Assembly: GCA_028534125.1 (NCBI GenBank)
Contig: CM052816.1
Location: 21,018,001-21,082,000 of the forward strand
Length of the DNA: 64,000 nucleotides
From: Lama glama
Lineage: Eukaryota
Reading direction: 5' to 3'
The position numbers and the translations under genes are program-made. Shown here one piece after another: positions 1 through 15,736 of the stretch; within the stretch, counting starts at the first letter, position 1, and each line of letters opens with the position of its first letter. The notes under the pieces are model-generated. The model was not told where the DNA came from. It did no database searches and was given only the letters and a program-made list of their open reading frames with translations.

Positions 1-623
1 CATATTTCTTTCAGTGACAGTGACATTTTGGTTTTCTTTTTGCTGGTGCTTCCTGAGTGCCAGACACGGTGCTAGTATAACACTTACAAAGAAGTATATG
101 ACAAATCCCTTCCTCAAGTTGCTAATTGTTTGTAAGATATTGGGAACAGTGAAGGGGAGTAAAATGACATGGGAATAATTGGGAACAATCATGTAGGGTT
201 TGCTAGTCCATAGACGTGGTATATTTTGAGACTGTATGTGTTGTACAGCTGTTTTCACTCTAGCATATGGCTTTTAGTGTTACTTTTTAAAAATTACATT
301 TCCTCAAGACCAAGAATCAATTTAGGATATGAGTACTATGGATGCTGCTAAAAAGAAATGAATGGTAAAGAAACACTATTAGATAGCTTGACGCTTTTTG
401 TGTGAAACCGTGGGAAACTGTTATTGACCACAGTATTACTGAGGGTGATCAGATGGAATCATTAAATTCTTTCAGTGTTTTTTTTTCTTTTATGCATTCT
501 TAGGAACTCAGCAGGAGCTTTCATTGAATTAACTGGAATTGAATAGTTTAATTTGAAGCATTTTTCTCTAATGAACCTTTTTCTCTTAATGTCACTCTGT
601 AATTCTATGTCCCTTTTTCTTAG

Positions 624-660
624 GAGTCTCAGCAGTCCAATTTTGGCCCTGGAGAACAAA
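624..660 (+). CDS. AFF4: AFF4 coding exon (ESQQSNFGPGEQ), 37 bp
   Basis: ctttttcttag acceptor, gtgagt donor; matches human ESQQSNFGTGEQK. Confidence 0.92.
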
Positions 661-838
661 GTGAGTATTTCTTTTCCTCTTGGTTTTGAAATCAAGCTGT
701 TTATAGAGCATACATTTCTCATGGTCACATCATATATTTCTTTAATAATTCTTTTGTATATCTTATCCCAGTTTTTATGATCCAGTGCTTAGTAATGAAT
801 TGAACTGAATCTCGGCTTAAACAATGAAGAATCATTGT

Positions 839-965
839 GGGAGGGTATATGTAGCTCACCAGTAGAGTGCATGCTTATCATGCATGAAGTCCTAGGTTCA
901 ATCCTCAGTACCTTTATTAAAAATAAATAAATAAACAAACCTAATCCCCCTTAAATAAAATTTTA
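839..965 (+). mobile_element. tRNA-derived SINE (camelid Vic-1-like)
   Basis: A box, B box (ggttcaatcc), aaataaataaa-cctaat tail; TSD aatgaagaat. Confidence 0.85.
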
Positions 966-2617
966 AAATGAAGAATTATAGACAATTAGAGATCAGAATT
1001 AACTAGTTTTATTATTAAGTATTTGAACTAATAGTTCAGAGTTCATGAATTCAGTTTGATAAGCACCCCATAACCCCAAGAGCCATTCTTCTGTCTTTTC
1101 ATCTTCTTCATGAAGATACTTGGTTCTGTGATGGTAAAACTCCAGGCAAGAAGGGGTCATCGTAGCTTACCATGGCTCTTCTCCTCCTGTATCCATATTT
1201 ATTTATCCTCCCTGGGGCTTTTGGTCTGGGAAGAAAGTCTGCTGTCTGCTACACAAACCCCCTCCACATCTACTCTCTTGGACTCTCAGAAGAACTTGAG
1301 AGGACGGTATCCTTGGGGAATTCAAGTGTGGTTTAAAGAGGTGATGATTGTGTCAGTTAACAGTGGTAAGATCAGGAACCTAGCAAATGTTTGGGCTTCA
1401 CCATATAGCTTTCCAAAAACTATGTAAAAAAATAAAAAAACAAATGTTTCTTTGCCAAGAGCAATAACTTCGTAAATGAAGTCGATTTACACTAGTAATA
1501 AGCTATTTTGGGAGATTAAAGTGTGGAGCTTTTTAATCCTTAGTTTGTTGTCTTTAGTGATCTTAAAGCAAAGAGACAAAACTAGGATAATACCCATTAT
1601 AAGGTTAACAAACTTTTTCTATGTATCCATTTCTTAGTTGTGCTTTAAAGCTGCAGTTATAGGAAAAAGGAACCCAAGATTGTTGATATGTGGTAAATAG
1701 CTAGCTATAGGCCAGAAAGTTTACATTTTCTCTTAAACTTTTTAAAGGCTATCTTATCCTTCTACTACTCTTCCCCCATCCTCTCGCCCCAGAGCTAACT
1801 GTTGGCAAATATATGGCAAATAAGTTGCACCTACTCTTTACTACCTGTGTTTTTCACTTTATCTAATTTTTAAAATTTTATTATTTTTAAACTTAATTTG
1901 TTTTAGAACTGTTATTCTATCAGTATAAAGCTCTAGTGTATTCTTTTTAACAAGATTATGTTATAATATATTAAGGTACCATAATATATTTAACTAGTCC
2001 CCAGTAGATGTGCATTTGTTTCCATTTCTGCTGTTGCAATCCATACTATAATAAACTGTGTGTGTGTGTGTTCCTCCAGATATACCTGTAAGGTAAATTC
2101 CTTTCATTATAATTGCTGGGCCAGTGGATTGTGCATTTCAGTATGATAAGATAATATTATCAGATTGCCTTCCAGAAAGATTATGTGAGTTTATAATCCT
2201 ACCAATAGCATGAATGTGCCTGTTTCTACCAGTATTTCATATTAAGGCACTTGAAAGTGTTACCGGTTTGATGGATAAAGAATAATATCTTTGATTTATC
2301 TTTCTTTGTGGATATACAGATAGATATTTTAAAATATAAATAGCAGTACTGTTGCTGATTTCTGCTTTNNNNNNNNNNNNNNNNNNNNNNNNNNNNNNNN
2401 NNNNNNNNNNNNNNNNNNNNNNNNNNNNNNNNNNNNNNNNNNNNNNNNNNNNNNNNNNNNNNNNNNNNNNNNNNNNNNNNNNNNNNNNNNNNNNNNNNNN
2501 NNNNNNNNNNNNNNNNNNNNNNNNNNNNNNNNNNNNNNNNNNNNNNNNTAAATGTCTAACTATAAGTGTCTGGAGGTTTAGAACAACACTTAGAAATGTA
2601 TGCTTAACTTTTTAAGG

Positions 2618-2827
2618 CAGAGGTAAGCAAACTTTTATATAAAGGGCCAGATAGTGAAATATTTTAGGCTTTAGGAGCCACATGGTCTCTGTCTCAACTT
2701 CTCGGCTCTGCCACTGTAGCATGAAAGCAGCCATAGACTATGGGTACAGGTATGTTCCAAAAAACTTTCTTTACAAAACAGGTGGTGGTCTGGATTTGGC
2801 TTGTGGGCCATAGTTTGCCTACCCCTT
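2618..2827 (+). mobile_element. MER58A-like hAT-Charlie DNA transposon fossil
   Basis: cagaggtaagcaaact...aagggccagatagt...gcagccatagac...tttgcctacccct termini. Confidence 0.75.
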
Positions 2828-4634
2828 CTCTGCCATTACAGTTTTTCCTCATCTCTCAGAGTGTGTTTATGTTTGTTTTGTTGTTGTTTGTTTTTAAGAA
2901 AAAAGACATGGAAAAAAAGACAGGATTCTTCTTAGTAAACTCTCCATTTAACCACTAAATGTAGAATCTTAAAACAACGTAGTGTGTACTATCTGTAGAT
3001 TTTCCTAGTTCTATTTTGTAGGTAGACCCAGGAATATATATCAGAATTTAACAGTGTGGTATACTGGATGATAATAAATTCCAGCTTTAAGGAATGAACG
3101 GACTACTGAATTCCTGAGACTACAAGTTAACCCAGTGATTAAAACAGAGTTCTGAAGAAACTGGCAGCAGTGCTAACTTCTCTATGCCATAACCACAGTC
3201 TATACTGATAACCTTAGCCTCTTCAGCTAAACATAGGGAGAACTGAGTGAGAATGAAAATATATGAATACAAGCAGTTTCCCCTCATTGCTGAAGAATTC
3301 AAATTATGTAAATTCCTATTTATTCATATGCAGACAACTGATGGGAGCTTACCATATATGTGCATATCACTTTGGTTGCTGAGGGGATAAAAGCATGCAG
3401 GACCTTGAGCAGTCTGGTTCAAGCTTTGACATATTCACGTGTGTAAACAGGTTCATTGAGTTGCCATTATTAAATCATAAGGGCTGAGAGAATTCGGAGT
3501 AAGTACACTTCTTTACTGGAAATCAGTCATACACATGCACTAAGCCCTTGTCCAAAAGAAAATTCTTCTCATCTGTCTCGTATAATTGGTCAGCCTTAAA
3601 ACACTTCATAATTCTGTACTCAACCGGTTATTTTGTTTCAAGATGATCTTTTAATGCAATGCTCTGAATTTGGAGTCAGATTTAGAAACTTAGGTTAGGC
3701 TTTCAGGGGAAGTATAAGTATAAGGAAGAAGGTTTCCTCCCCACTGACTGGAGACTGTCATGACATTTTAAGAAGAAAGATAACGGAACTAGTGGTAATG
3801 AGAAATTAAACACTTTTCTAGTTGTAGTTCTCCCTAAGCTTTGTATTACATTTTCCTTTCCTGTAAAAAGGCGAGTAATGTTTTTTGCTTATTGCTCAAT
3901 TTTTAATTTTGGTTTTGATCTTACAGCCTTAAAGAAAAATTAAATCTGTAATTTTACTTTCAAAAACCAATTCCAGAAACCATCAACTTACAGTATTTGT
4001 GTTTTTTAAAAGTGATTTGAATTTTAATCAAGGAAGATTTGGAACCCGAAGTTTATTTTTAATTTGTACATGGTTATTTCTGTTGTATAGCCAAGGTTCT
4101 TACCCTAAATTATTTCTTCTATAGAGGGCCCTCGGTTTTCATAGCAAGGCATTTATGACCTAAAACTTTGATTTTGTGTTCTAGTTTTCAGTTACCCAAG
4201 TGTACGTATCTCTTGTTGGTACTTTCATTTTATCCCCCTTCTTTTTAGGAATTGTATTTATCTAGTGGGCTGTAGTGTAATTTGTTTTAATAATGAATGA
4301 GTGTGTGTATATGCAATTAGAGAAAAATTAGAGGTAACAGAAGTGAGTATAAGAGTTTGTAGGAGGTGGCTTTTGTTTAATTAGAAAAGAAAGATGAATA
4401 AATATTTTATTTATGAAAAAGGTGAAGCTTCTAAAAATGTTAAAGTCCTCCCTCAGTTTTTACTCTTGATATGAACCACACAAGACGGACTAAGACTTAC
4501 TTCTCTTTATTTTTCATTTAAGTCATTGGCTCCTACAGTGATTATTTCTAGAATTATTGGTAGATATTTAATACCATGGTATACCATGGTAAAATGTTCA
4601 AGAAATAATAATCCTTTCTGCCTTTTCCCTCCAG

Positions 4635-4689
4635 TATGTTAAAAGATGACTTAAAACTAAGCAGCAGTGAAGACAGTGATGGGGAACAG
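4635..4689 (+). CDS. AFF4: AFF4 coding exon (MLKDDLKLSSSEDSDGEQ), 55 bp
   Basis: ccctccag acceptor, gtgtgt donor; AFF-family DDLKLSSSEDSD motif. Confidence 0.95.
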
Positions 4690-5146
4690 GTGTGTTTACT
4701 ACATATGATTTTGTCAGTTTCATATAGTACTTGTTTATTATATTTTTAAAGAATTATAATTGAATAATACATTTATGATCCAGTTATTTAAAATAAATTT
4801 CTTCCTGCTTTCTGATACTGAAATGTTGTAGTTCTCTGCGTTGTCTTTAAACCTCCATTTTTTTTTCATATTTAAAAAAAATTGGCTTTTCCTTAATACT
4901 TACCTTTCAGAATGTACTTATAAAGCATGAGATTGTTAACAAGAAGAATTATTAACAAAGCTTTTAATCTTACCCTGGCAATTAGTTATTCTTTAGGTTA
5001 AAAACAGTATTTCATAAATACTAGGTGACCATTGATGCATACATTAGAGAAGCCACTTTGTCTGTTAAGATTTCAGATATTGTTCACATTAAGCAGATAA
5101 AATGCTGTTATTCATTCACAGATTTCCTCTCATGTTTTAATTTTAG

Positions 5147-5184
5147 GATTGTGATAAGACAATGCCAAGGAGTACACCAGGAAG
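5147..5184 (+). CDS. AFF4: AFF4 coding exon (DCDKTMPRSTPG), 38 bp
   Basis: ttttag acceptor, gtaggc donor; same peptide as human. Confidence 0.93.
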
Positions 5185-5604
5185 GTAGGCATGCTTTTAT
5201 TTCTTGTTTTATTTAGAGTGGTGAGGTCAACTGATAACACTGTAGTGACACAGTAGCTAACCTTATAAAGTAAATGTTATTGATTGTGATGGTAGTTACA
5301 CAACTCTGTAAATTAACTAAAAATCATTGAATTGTACAATTAAAATGGGTGATTTTTTTTGTATATAATTTATACCTCAATAAACCTGTTTTTAAAAGGT
5401 AAGTGCTGGTGAATGAGCAACATATCAGAAACCTTTTAACGAAGGATTTATTTCATTTATAATGAAGTTCTGCATTAGTAGAATTATAAGAGCTTAACAA
5501 ATAGTAAACATTTTAAATAAAGTTGGTTGTCAGATTTGGATGCTCTCATGTTGCCACTTTAAAAAATAAAATGTTTGGTCATTTATATGTTTTATCTCTT
5601 TTAG

Positions 5605-5767
5605 TAANNNNNNNNNNNNNNNNNNNNNNNNNNNNNNNNNNNNNNNNNNNNNNNNNNNNNNNNNNNNNNNNNNNNNNNNNNNNNNNNNNNNNNNNNNNNN
5701 NNNNNNNNNNNNNNNNNNNNNNNNNNNNNNNNNNNNNNNNNNNNNNNNNNNNNNNNNNNNNNNNNNN
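5605..5767 (+). CDS. AFF4: AFF4 Ser-rich coding exon, almost entirely masked by Ns
   Basis: Acceptor tctcttttag followed by TAA (phase-2 T + AA of Asn) and then Ns 5608-5771; end inferred from the orthologous peptide length. Confidence 0.65.
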
Positions 5768-6418
5768 NNNNGAGAGAGGCAGGGGATGCCTTCCACAGGC
5801 CCTCACACACCCCGGTGATGGCCAGTTAACACTTGCTTCAAATATAAAAAATGAAGAAAAGAAGATTACATATTCTGACAAAAAGAAATGAAACTATATG
5901 TCTGGGAGGAAACCTAGATACTTCAGTTTCCAGTTATGTGACAAGCATATTTGGTCTAGATTAGGAACTATTTGAGGTCATATTTCAGGTCACTAAAAAG
6001 TTGGATTTCTTTACTTCGGGCTTTATTTTTGTGTTTCAAAGTGGTAATTCATGTTTTCTGGTTATGGTGAATTTAAAAACCTTAAATAGTATAATTTTAC
6101 TGGAGGTTGATAAAATGTGGTTAAAAATCTCTTTTGGTACCTACATCATTTGTTTACTTTCTGAAATTAAATATACTATATGGTCATATGTAATTTTGCC
6201 TTTGAAGCTGAATTCCTAGCAGGAATATTTAATTTTTTAAAGACCATATATAACATTGTTCGTCTTTTTATTCAAATGATTAGAGCTGTTAGTCAATACT
6301 TTTAGCCCTTTCTTTGGTTCAGTCAGAACTGTGGAAAACCAAATGCCTTTGTGGCATTAGGCATTGTGTTTTTTGTTTTCCTTGAGATTATAAAGGAGGG
6401 AGAAAGTTTCAGTATTGA

Positions 6419-7399
<981 letters not shown>

Positions 7400-8470
7400 T
7401 GAAACGTAAGCATCTACAATGCAGTGGAAATCTCAGTAAGCCAGAACAAACTAGTTGAGTCATAACTATGAGGGAAAATAGAAGGTGAGCCTAAGGCCCA
7501 GATGAGTCTTCAGACACAAATGTCTCTTGACCATTATTCCTCTGCCTGTGTCCTTTTGTAAAGAATTATGGTTTCTAATCTAGTAAGAAATGAGCAGGTG
7601 CTTCTGTTCAGTGTGTGCTGGTCAGTATAGAGATGAGAGTGAAGCAGAGACTGCGAACGCCTTGACAGCATTCTTAAAATTTTGGTTTTAAATGTCATCA
7701 CTGTTCCTAACACTTTCTTCTCTCTTATATCTAGACCAAGTCACACTTTTAAAATTACTAATTCCAGCTTATAAATTGACTCACCAATTTTAACTTGTCA
7801 TTAAGAGCTTCCACCAATCCACTGTACCTAGCTATGCTGCAGTTTTTTCACTTTTCAAACACCCATAACTGCAAGTTCAGAACTAAAAACATCTGCTGGC
7901 ACATAACCAGCTCTTGTGCCTAAATACTTTCAAGATAATTTGGATTTAGAGGCAAAGGTTGGTATATATTTTAAAGTCATCTTTTTTTAGACCAAGTAAA
8001 TGTGAAAAATCACAGATGTCTTGTGATTGAAGGTTAATAGACATAATGAAAAGAGCTGAAAAACTTAGATATGTAGACAGATTCTTTGAGAAAAAAAGCT
8101 TGATCTTTCAGCTCAAGTGAGAAATCTTTATAGGAAAGTAAATTTTAATAATCTGTATTGAACAATAGTCTAATTTCCCTTGATATATATGTATGAATAT
8201 GATTGTAAAAGACTGAAAACGTGAGCAGGTGAACAGAATAGATAACCAGAATGACTGTACCAGGTGGACTCAGAACAAAACCCCAGTCCCAGTTGACCTT
8301 GAGAATCTCATGTAGGAAAATAAGAATACAGCATTTTTCTTAAAGTGAGCTGGAGGTTTTTTCCTCTCTGTTTTTCTTGAAACCACAGTACTATATGCTG
8401 ATGATGATGTCTGTTTGCAGAAACTAGAATAATACTTTTTTTTTTTTCATCTTCAAAACTTGGTTATTTT

Positions 8471-8630
8471 GGCGGGGGAGAGTTTAGCTCAAGTGGTAGA
8501 GTATGTGCTTAGCATGTACAAGGTCCTGGGTTCAATCCCCAGTACCTCCTCTAAAAATAAATAAATGAGCACATAAAATAAATTACCCCCCCCAAAGAAA
8601 ATAAAAAAAGAAAAGAAATTTTTTTTTTAA
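8471..8630 (+). mobile_element. tRNA-derived SINE (Vic-1-like)
   Basis: agctcaagtggtagag...gtcctgggttcaatccccagtacctcc with an A-rich tail. Confidence 0.85.
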
Positions 8631-9489
8631 ATTGGGGATTTTTTAAAAATTTGAATTTCTAGAAAACTGAAGAAAGCTTACTACTTTCAGTGCTATAGCT
8701 AGTAAGTTTCCATTATTGTAGTAAAGAGATGATTTATTCAACTAGTAAGCTGTTTTCAGGCTGCTGGCCCCTATAGCTCACAGCCTCAGATTGCTGGATT
8801 TGGTTTTGGGATTTAATTCATAGAATTACAATAAGAGCTTGTATATGACAGGATCTGCTCTTTAAAAAACTAAAGGATTTCTTATGGAATAAAAAAAATG
8901 ATCCTTTTGTGCTTAATAAGTGTTACATATTCTTTATAAGATTTTCAGATATTTAGAATATAGAAAGTGAAAGTCTTTTTTACTCTTGTTTAAAGTTTTA
9001 TAATATATATAACTTATAATAAAAAAATCCCCTTCCTCTAAAAGTAGTAGTGCCCTGTATCTCCTCCCCTCCCCCAAGCCTCATTGGCAAATATTCCTCC
9101 CAAGTTTTCTATCAATACCCACAAGTCAAGTTTTGATTTTATAAGATGTATAACACCGGGAAACTTGATGATCTTTGAAATTTGTGGCTTTGGCTAAATT
9201 AAGTGTCTGGGGTAGGGCAGTTCCTGAAAATGAAGCAGGCAGTATTGGGAAGAGACCCAGGCAAGGATAATGAAGGATGTAGATTCCTTTTTCTCATGTT
9301 TTCACATGTCTGTCTTTAATCATTTGTGCACTGGATCAAATTATTTTGTTATGGCAGAATGCTTGCAGTCTGTGTGCCCTGATATTTAAAGCAATAGGAA
9401 AATTTAGATTCACTGAGCAGAGTAATATTGGCAATTACAGATGGGCCTATACAGCTTTTTGTTTCAGCAAAGAAGTTTCTCAAAAAATC

Positions 9490-10122
9490 ATTAGGTTGAC
9501 TATAATCAAAAAGATGGACAGTAACAAATGTTGGTTAAGATGTGGAGGACTGTAGTGCTGGTGAGGATGTGAGATGATATAGCTGCTTTGGAACATAGTT
9601 TAGCAGTTCCTCAAAAAGGTAAAATAGAGTATTACCTTATGAGTCACTCCTCTGTATACACCCAAGAACAGTGAAACCATGTCCACACAAAAACCTGTAC
9701 TTGAAAAGTAGAGACAACCCAACTGATAAATAGATAAATGAAATATGGTGTTTTCATGTAATGGAATAGATTTAACTGTAAAAAGAATAAGGTACTGCTA
9801 AATGTTACAGCATAGATGATTCTTAAAAATGCTAAGTGAAGGGAACCACATACAAAGGCCAGACAATACTGTATGATTGCATTTTAATGAAATGTCTAGA
9901 ATAGGCAAAGCTACAAAGACTGAGTGTATAAATTAGTGATTGCCAGGTCTGGAGGTGGAAGGAATGAGGAGTGACTGCTAATGGAGACAAGGTGGTTTGT
10001 TTTGAGATAATGAAAATATTCTAAAATTGATTTTGGTGATGGTTGTACAGCTCTGTGAATATGCTAAAAAGTCGTTGAATTGTACCCTTTTAAAGAGTAA
10101 GTTTTATGGTGTGTGAATTATA
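9490..10122 (+). mobile_element. Old L1 (L1M-type) 3' fragment
   Basis: Typical L1 3' motifs (gcagttcctcaaaa, atgtccacacaaaaacctgtac, ggtgatggttgtaca). Confidence 0.75.
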
Positions 10123-10355
10123 TAATCTCACCTCCCCACCCCCAACCAAATCATTAGGCTGTAAAGAGGCCATCTAAAAGACTGTTTCCGCATTCTAGCT
10201 CTTTTTATCTAAAGTAGGAGACTCCTTAGACTGAAAACCTGATTTCTTAAACATTGTTTAAATGAATTCTTTCACTTCACATTTACTTTCTTTCTGAAAT
10301 TTATCAGAGGTAAAGTGTTTAGTGGTGACTAGTGCTGGAAACTGAAATTAGATGA

Positions 10356-10565
<210 letters not shown>

Positions 10566-11059
10566 TAGAGTGTTTCTTTTAGTAAATATGTGTCATGTAC
10601 ATCTGCATACAAACGTATACCAAATAGTAGGAGCTTTTGCTTTTAATCAATTGGGTTGGAAAGCATTTATGATCCAGTCACTTGTTCCTCCTCGTATTTT
10701 TAGTGGAATAGGAGGTGAGTATAGGATAAGAATCAAAGCTTTATAATTTATAGGCTTGACAACAAGCTTATGTATAACTTGCAAGAGACTTGTGAGCATT
10801 AATATCTTCATTCACTATTCATCTTTTTATTCATTTACTCAACCAATGTTTATTGAATACTGGTGTGGCAGGCCAAGAATTGGGACCTGGGTATATAACC
10901 ATGGTGGGGAATAAAACAGACAAGTTGTCTGCTCTCATGAAATTTATAGTTTTATTTTGTTTTTTAGAAATCATGTGTTCTAGTAATCAAACAGAGAAAA
11001 ATAAATTTATCTTAAAGGCAGACAAAAAGAAATGGAAAAGATCCATCACTCCTGTATGA

Positions 11060-11383
<324 letters not shown>

Positions 11384-12038
11384 TGACTTCTCCAAAGAGA
11401 CACTGTGCTTTGAAAATTCTGTAATAATCTCATTAATTTTACAAACCTATGCATCTTTACTCTCAAAATGTCGTGATCTTGAAGATGAACTTACATAGTG
11501 ATCTGAGACCATGAAAGCAGTACTCACCTGGCCACATGCATATTAATTAAGATAGAAACCCATAGTTGGAAAAATTGGTTATGGAAAAACAATTGATAAT
11601 GATTGAATTTATAAATAAACTCCAGTTGCTCTGATTGGGTTCTTTTCTGTGGTTTTAAATTGACTTTGGATTTTTTAGAATTAGATTTTATAAGCAAGTT
11701 GTATTAAGTGATAGAGCAACAATTGGGCTTCATAAGAAGAAAAAAGTTCTTTATTCTTCAGCTCAACTAGCACTGGAGTTATTCCTGAGCATGAATATAA
11801 TGTAGGGGAATATTCTTAATGTTTGTGGGTGGGGAATTGGATCAGAGAAGCTTTTTGAAGGCTGTACTTCAGGATTTTACACTGAATTTGTTTACCAGGT
11901 TTTTGCATTGCTTTCTAATCTGTTCTAAGCAGGAGCAAACTCTCTGACAAATTAAGAAAAACCTAAATTTTTAAGAATACAATTCACTGAATTATTATTT
12001 GTGACTTAAATAAGCAAAGGTTTAGGAGTTGAAAAAAA

Positions 12039-12130
12039 TGGCGGGTGGCTATCACTCAGTGGTAGAGTGCAGGCTTAGCATACGTGAGGTCCTGGGTTCA
12101 ATCCCCAGTACCTGTATTTGGAAAAAAAAA
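12039..12130 (+). mobile_element. tRNA-derived SINE, short variant
   Basis: Same tRNA-like head directly followed by poly(A); imperfect TSD agtt(g/c)aaaaaa. Confidence 0.8.
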
Positions 12131-14319
12131 GTTCAAAAAATTGACTGTTAAAGGCAGTTAGTTGTGCTTACTAAATGTGGTTAAATTTTTTAAACATTTA
12201 ACATTAAATTTTTTAAATTGAAGTAATTTTAATTGTGAATAGCATCTCAAATTGAAATATTCAGAAGGCCTTTTCTCTAACTGGACCCCCTTCTGTGATA
12301 GTTTTAATAGTTAATCCTAATGTCCTTGAGGGACCTGTTCTGGATCTTTCTTCATTTTCCATCCTTTAACTGTAGGATTTGAGGCCTGTCTGCTTATTTC
12401 TTTAAACCTTTTATCGCTCTCTCTTTTCTTAAATGCACTCATTCAGCTCACCTGCTCATTTGGCTTCTGTTATCCCATAGGTAAAACTCATTGTTTGTGT
12501 CTCTTCTTTATTGGTTTGTTAGGTTCTAGAAAGCTGGGATTTGTACCTTACTTGTTTTATGTTTTATCCAGTGTTTAACTTACTGGATAATCAGGAAGTA
12601 TTTGGATCAAATGTAGTTATTGGGTCTTTTGTTGTTATCAACAGAATATAAAATATATTGGCCCAGACCACTTTGGTTTTAAGATCTTATGGACTTAACA
12701 GCTGTTAAAGTTGTTAATGTTAGTCTTGGCAGTTTCCAATTTAGGCAATTATATATGAGTTTATTAAAGAAAAATCTGTAATTTAGTTAGAAAATATGCT
12801 ATTTCTTATATCAACTAAAGAAAAATTAGAAATGAAAAACCAAAATTACATATAATTTTTGTTTTTTTAGACTTTTGCTCATTATCAAAGTTTTGAAATA
12901 TGTTGTCATAAATTTTGTTCATTCATGTTTTTAATATCTATAGCATTGCTATACATTCCTCTTTTATTCTTAATATTAGTTCTCTGTGCCATCTTTTTGC
13001 CTTGATCAATCTCATCAGAGGTTTATCACTTTAAGTTGTCTTTTCAAAAAACAGCCTTTTTCTTGTTTCTCTGTAGTTTATTTTTGTTTTCTCTTTCATT
13101 AATTTATACTTTTTATACTTTACTTTCTTATTCTTTCTGTTTTGCTATTCTGTTTATTAGCTTCAAATTTTTTTTAATTAATTTTAAGCCTTTTTTCTTT
13201 CTCTGATAGAAGCAGTTAGACTACATATTTTCATCTAAATATTGCTTTAACGGCATCCCTGAGATTTAGTATATAATATTTTTATAACTCAGCTTAAGTG
13301 TTTTTTAATTTCATTGTGATTTCACCTTTGTCCCAAGAGTTATTTAAAAGTATGTTACTTGATATCCGAACGCAGAGATTTTCTAGTTGTCTTTCGGTTA
13401 GTACTTCCACTTTAATTGCTTTGGGGTTGGAAAGTAGTCTGCATGTAGCAATCTTTTGAAATTTGTTAAGTTGCTTTATGAAAGAGTATAGTATATGGTA
13501 TATTTTTGTAATGTTCTGTATTTGAAAAGAATATGTTTTCTGCATAAATTGGGGGCAGGGATCTATATAATTCAGTTAGATTAGTCATGTTTTCAAACCT
13601 TCTGTATGCTGACATATTTCGTCAATTTGTTCTGTTGGCTACTGAAATAAGTTTTGCAAGGTTTATTTTGTTTTGTTTTGTATTGAGATCTACTTGATAT
13701 ATAACATTATATTGGTTTTAGGAATACAACATAATGATTGCATGTATGTATGTATTGCAGAGTGATCACCACAGTAAGTCTGTTTAACATCTGTCACCAT
13801 ACATAGTAGTTCTTCTTTATTTTCAGAAGCTTCAGTTTTCCTTCAGTAAATCTAAACTTAGGCACTTGTAGATCTTGTTTATAAAACATAGAGGGAAAAC
13901 TGTCCAAGTAATGTTACATTGCAGCAATATTCAGGAATCCATTTCATAAACATGTAACCTTTACCATAAAGAGCTTAGTATTTTCTCAAATCTCAGGACT
14001 TTTCATTCTTGAAGGAAGTTGTAATGGGTGAAACTGCAGAGCTCTTATACAGGAAAAGAAACAAATGCTGCATGATTTCTTTTAAACAGATTTTAAGCAG
14101 AAGTATTAAAATTATATGTTACTGGGTTTTCTAATGCTGAGATTCGTGCATTCATAAGATAAATTCTACTTATTCACGGTGTTTTATTATGGGAAAAATG
14201 TGTATTCATTTTATTATACATAGAGCTGGATGGGGAAGCGGTTGAGAAGACAGGTTCATAGCCCTTGCATAATCTATGTTGATAGGAGGCAGAATAAAGT
14301 TTAAGAAAGTGGCTTTTGA

Positions 14320-14550
14320 AAGCTGTCAGATGTGAATTTAAAGCCCAAACTCCATGAGTATTACTTAAAAGCTGTTTGAACTTGGGCAAGTTACTCAACC
14401 TTCTTGAGACTGCTTTTTATTCTATCCTAATAGCATTACATATTTCATAGGGTTGTTGAAGAATTAATGATTATACTAAATACCTACTTAACTTCATGCC
14501 TGGTAAGCAGTAAGCACATAGTAAATGTTTGATATTATTATTGCTGTTTT
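14320..14550 (+). repeat. MIR SINE fossil
   Basis: cttgggcaagttactcaacc...catagggttgttgaagaattaa...gcctggtaagcagtaagc. Confidence 0.65.
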
Positions 14551-14880
14551 CATTGAGCACTAATTACCAGTAAACTTTGTCTTAAGTAGTATTGTTATAT
14601 TGATATTTAGTTTGTGTCTTCCTTATGTTTTAACAAGTGCTAGGTCCATCCTGGCACATAGTAGACCCCAAATATTATAAAGAACATTTTTGGTTATATA
14701 AAACGGGCTTATTCCACGAAAAAGACGTTAACCTTCTGAAATTTTAAAATTTTATAACAAGGAAATTAATTACCAAAGGCAATGAAATTTTGTTTCCTTT
14801 TTAACCAGTGGCTCAAGAAATAGTTTTAGTTTAATTTTAATCTCACAATTCTCAACACAGCTATGTGTTTTTTTGGTTAG

Positions 14881-14975
14881 GAAAAGGCTCCAAATAGCTC
14901 TTCTAACTGTCCTCCATCTACACCAACTCCTGATGGTTCTAAGCCTCGGAGAACGAAGCTTGCCTTTGATGACAG
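14881..14975 (+). CDS. AFF4: AFF4 coding exon ([12 protein letters not shown]...AFDD), 95 bp
   Basis: ggttag acceptor, gtgag donor. Confidence 0.94.
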
Positions 14976-15553
14976 GTGAGATAAATATGAATTTTTATGC
15001 ATTCAAGAAATCATTCCAGTCAGTATACAGGAAACTCATTTTAATTTCTGTCAGTGATCTATTCAAGTTTTAATTTGAAAGGTACCCAGTACTCCAAGTA
15101 TTGCTCCTTTAACTTAACTCCATGATTCTCATGGGGAATGTGAGTAATGTACCTTCCATAGAATCTTACTGCTGCTGGCCTTACTATTTAAAATAGAGGC
15201 TTTCTTAAATAAGTAAGAGCAATGTTGGCTTTTTTCCTCCATTTTGGTAAGAGATTATTTTTCCTACCCACATTTCATTTACTCTAAATCTTTCGAACAA
15301 CTTGGGTAAGTTAGCACCAGAGTGTCTGAGTTCTGTTTTCCGAAGTAGAAAATTTGCCGAGTTGGCCAAAATTTATTCTCTTAACCCAATGTAAGTGTTT
15401 GTTAGAAAAAAAATGGTTTGAATGTTTAGTAATAGCTCATTTTCTTCACTTGAGGACATGAAAACTGAATGATATTAGAGACTAAAAATGAACTAGTATT
15501 ATCTTACAAAAATATTTACCTTTTTTTTTTTACAATAAAAATTTACTTTGCAG

Positions 15554-15617
15554 AAATTATTCAGCAGACCATTATTTACAAGAAGCAAAAAAGCTAAAGC
15601 ACAATGCAGATGCATTG
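15554..15617 (+). CDS. AFF4: AFF4 coding exon ([21 protein letters not shown]), start of the C-terminal homology domain
   Basis: ttgcag acceptor, gtatgt donor. Confidence 0.95.
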
Positions 15618-15736
15618 GTATGTAAATATTCTCCTCACATATATATATTTAATCAAATTAATTTAAATCTTCATTTGATGTTTGTTCCCATAGGACATCA
15701 GTGCTGCTTTCATNNNNNNNNNNNNNNNNNNNNNNN

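Noticed and set aside
839-912. tRNA-like sequences with A and B boxes (also at 8475, 12040, 41160, 46414, 52232, 57046) as tRNA genes
   Set aside because: They have degenerate stems, a shared non-tRNA tail and TSDs, so they are SINE heads.
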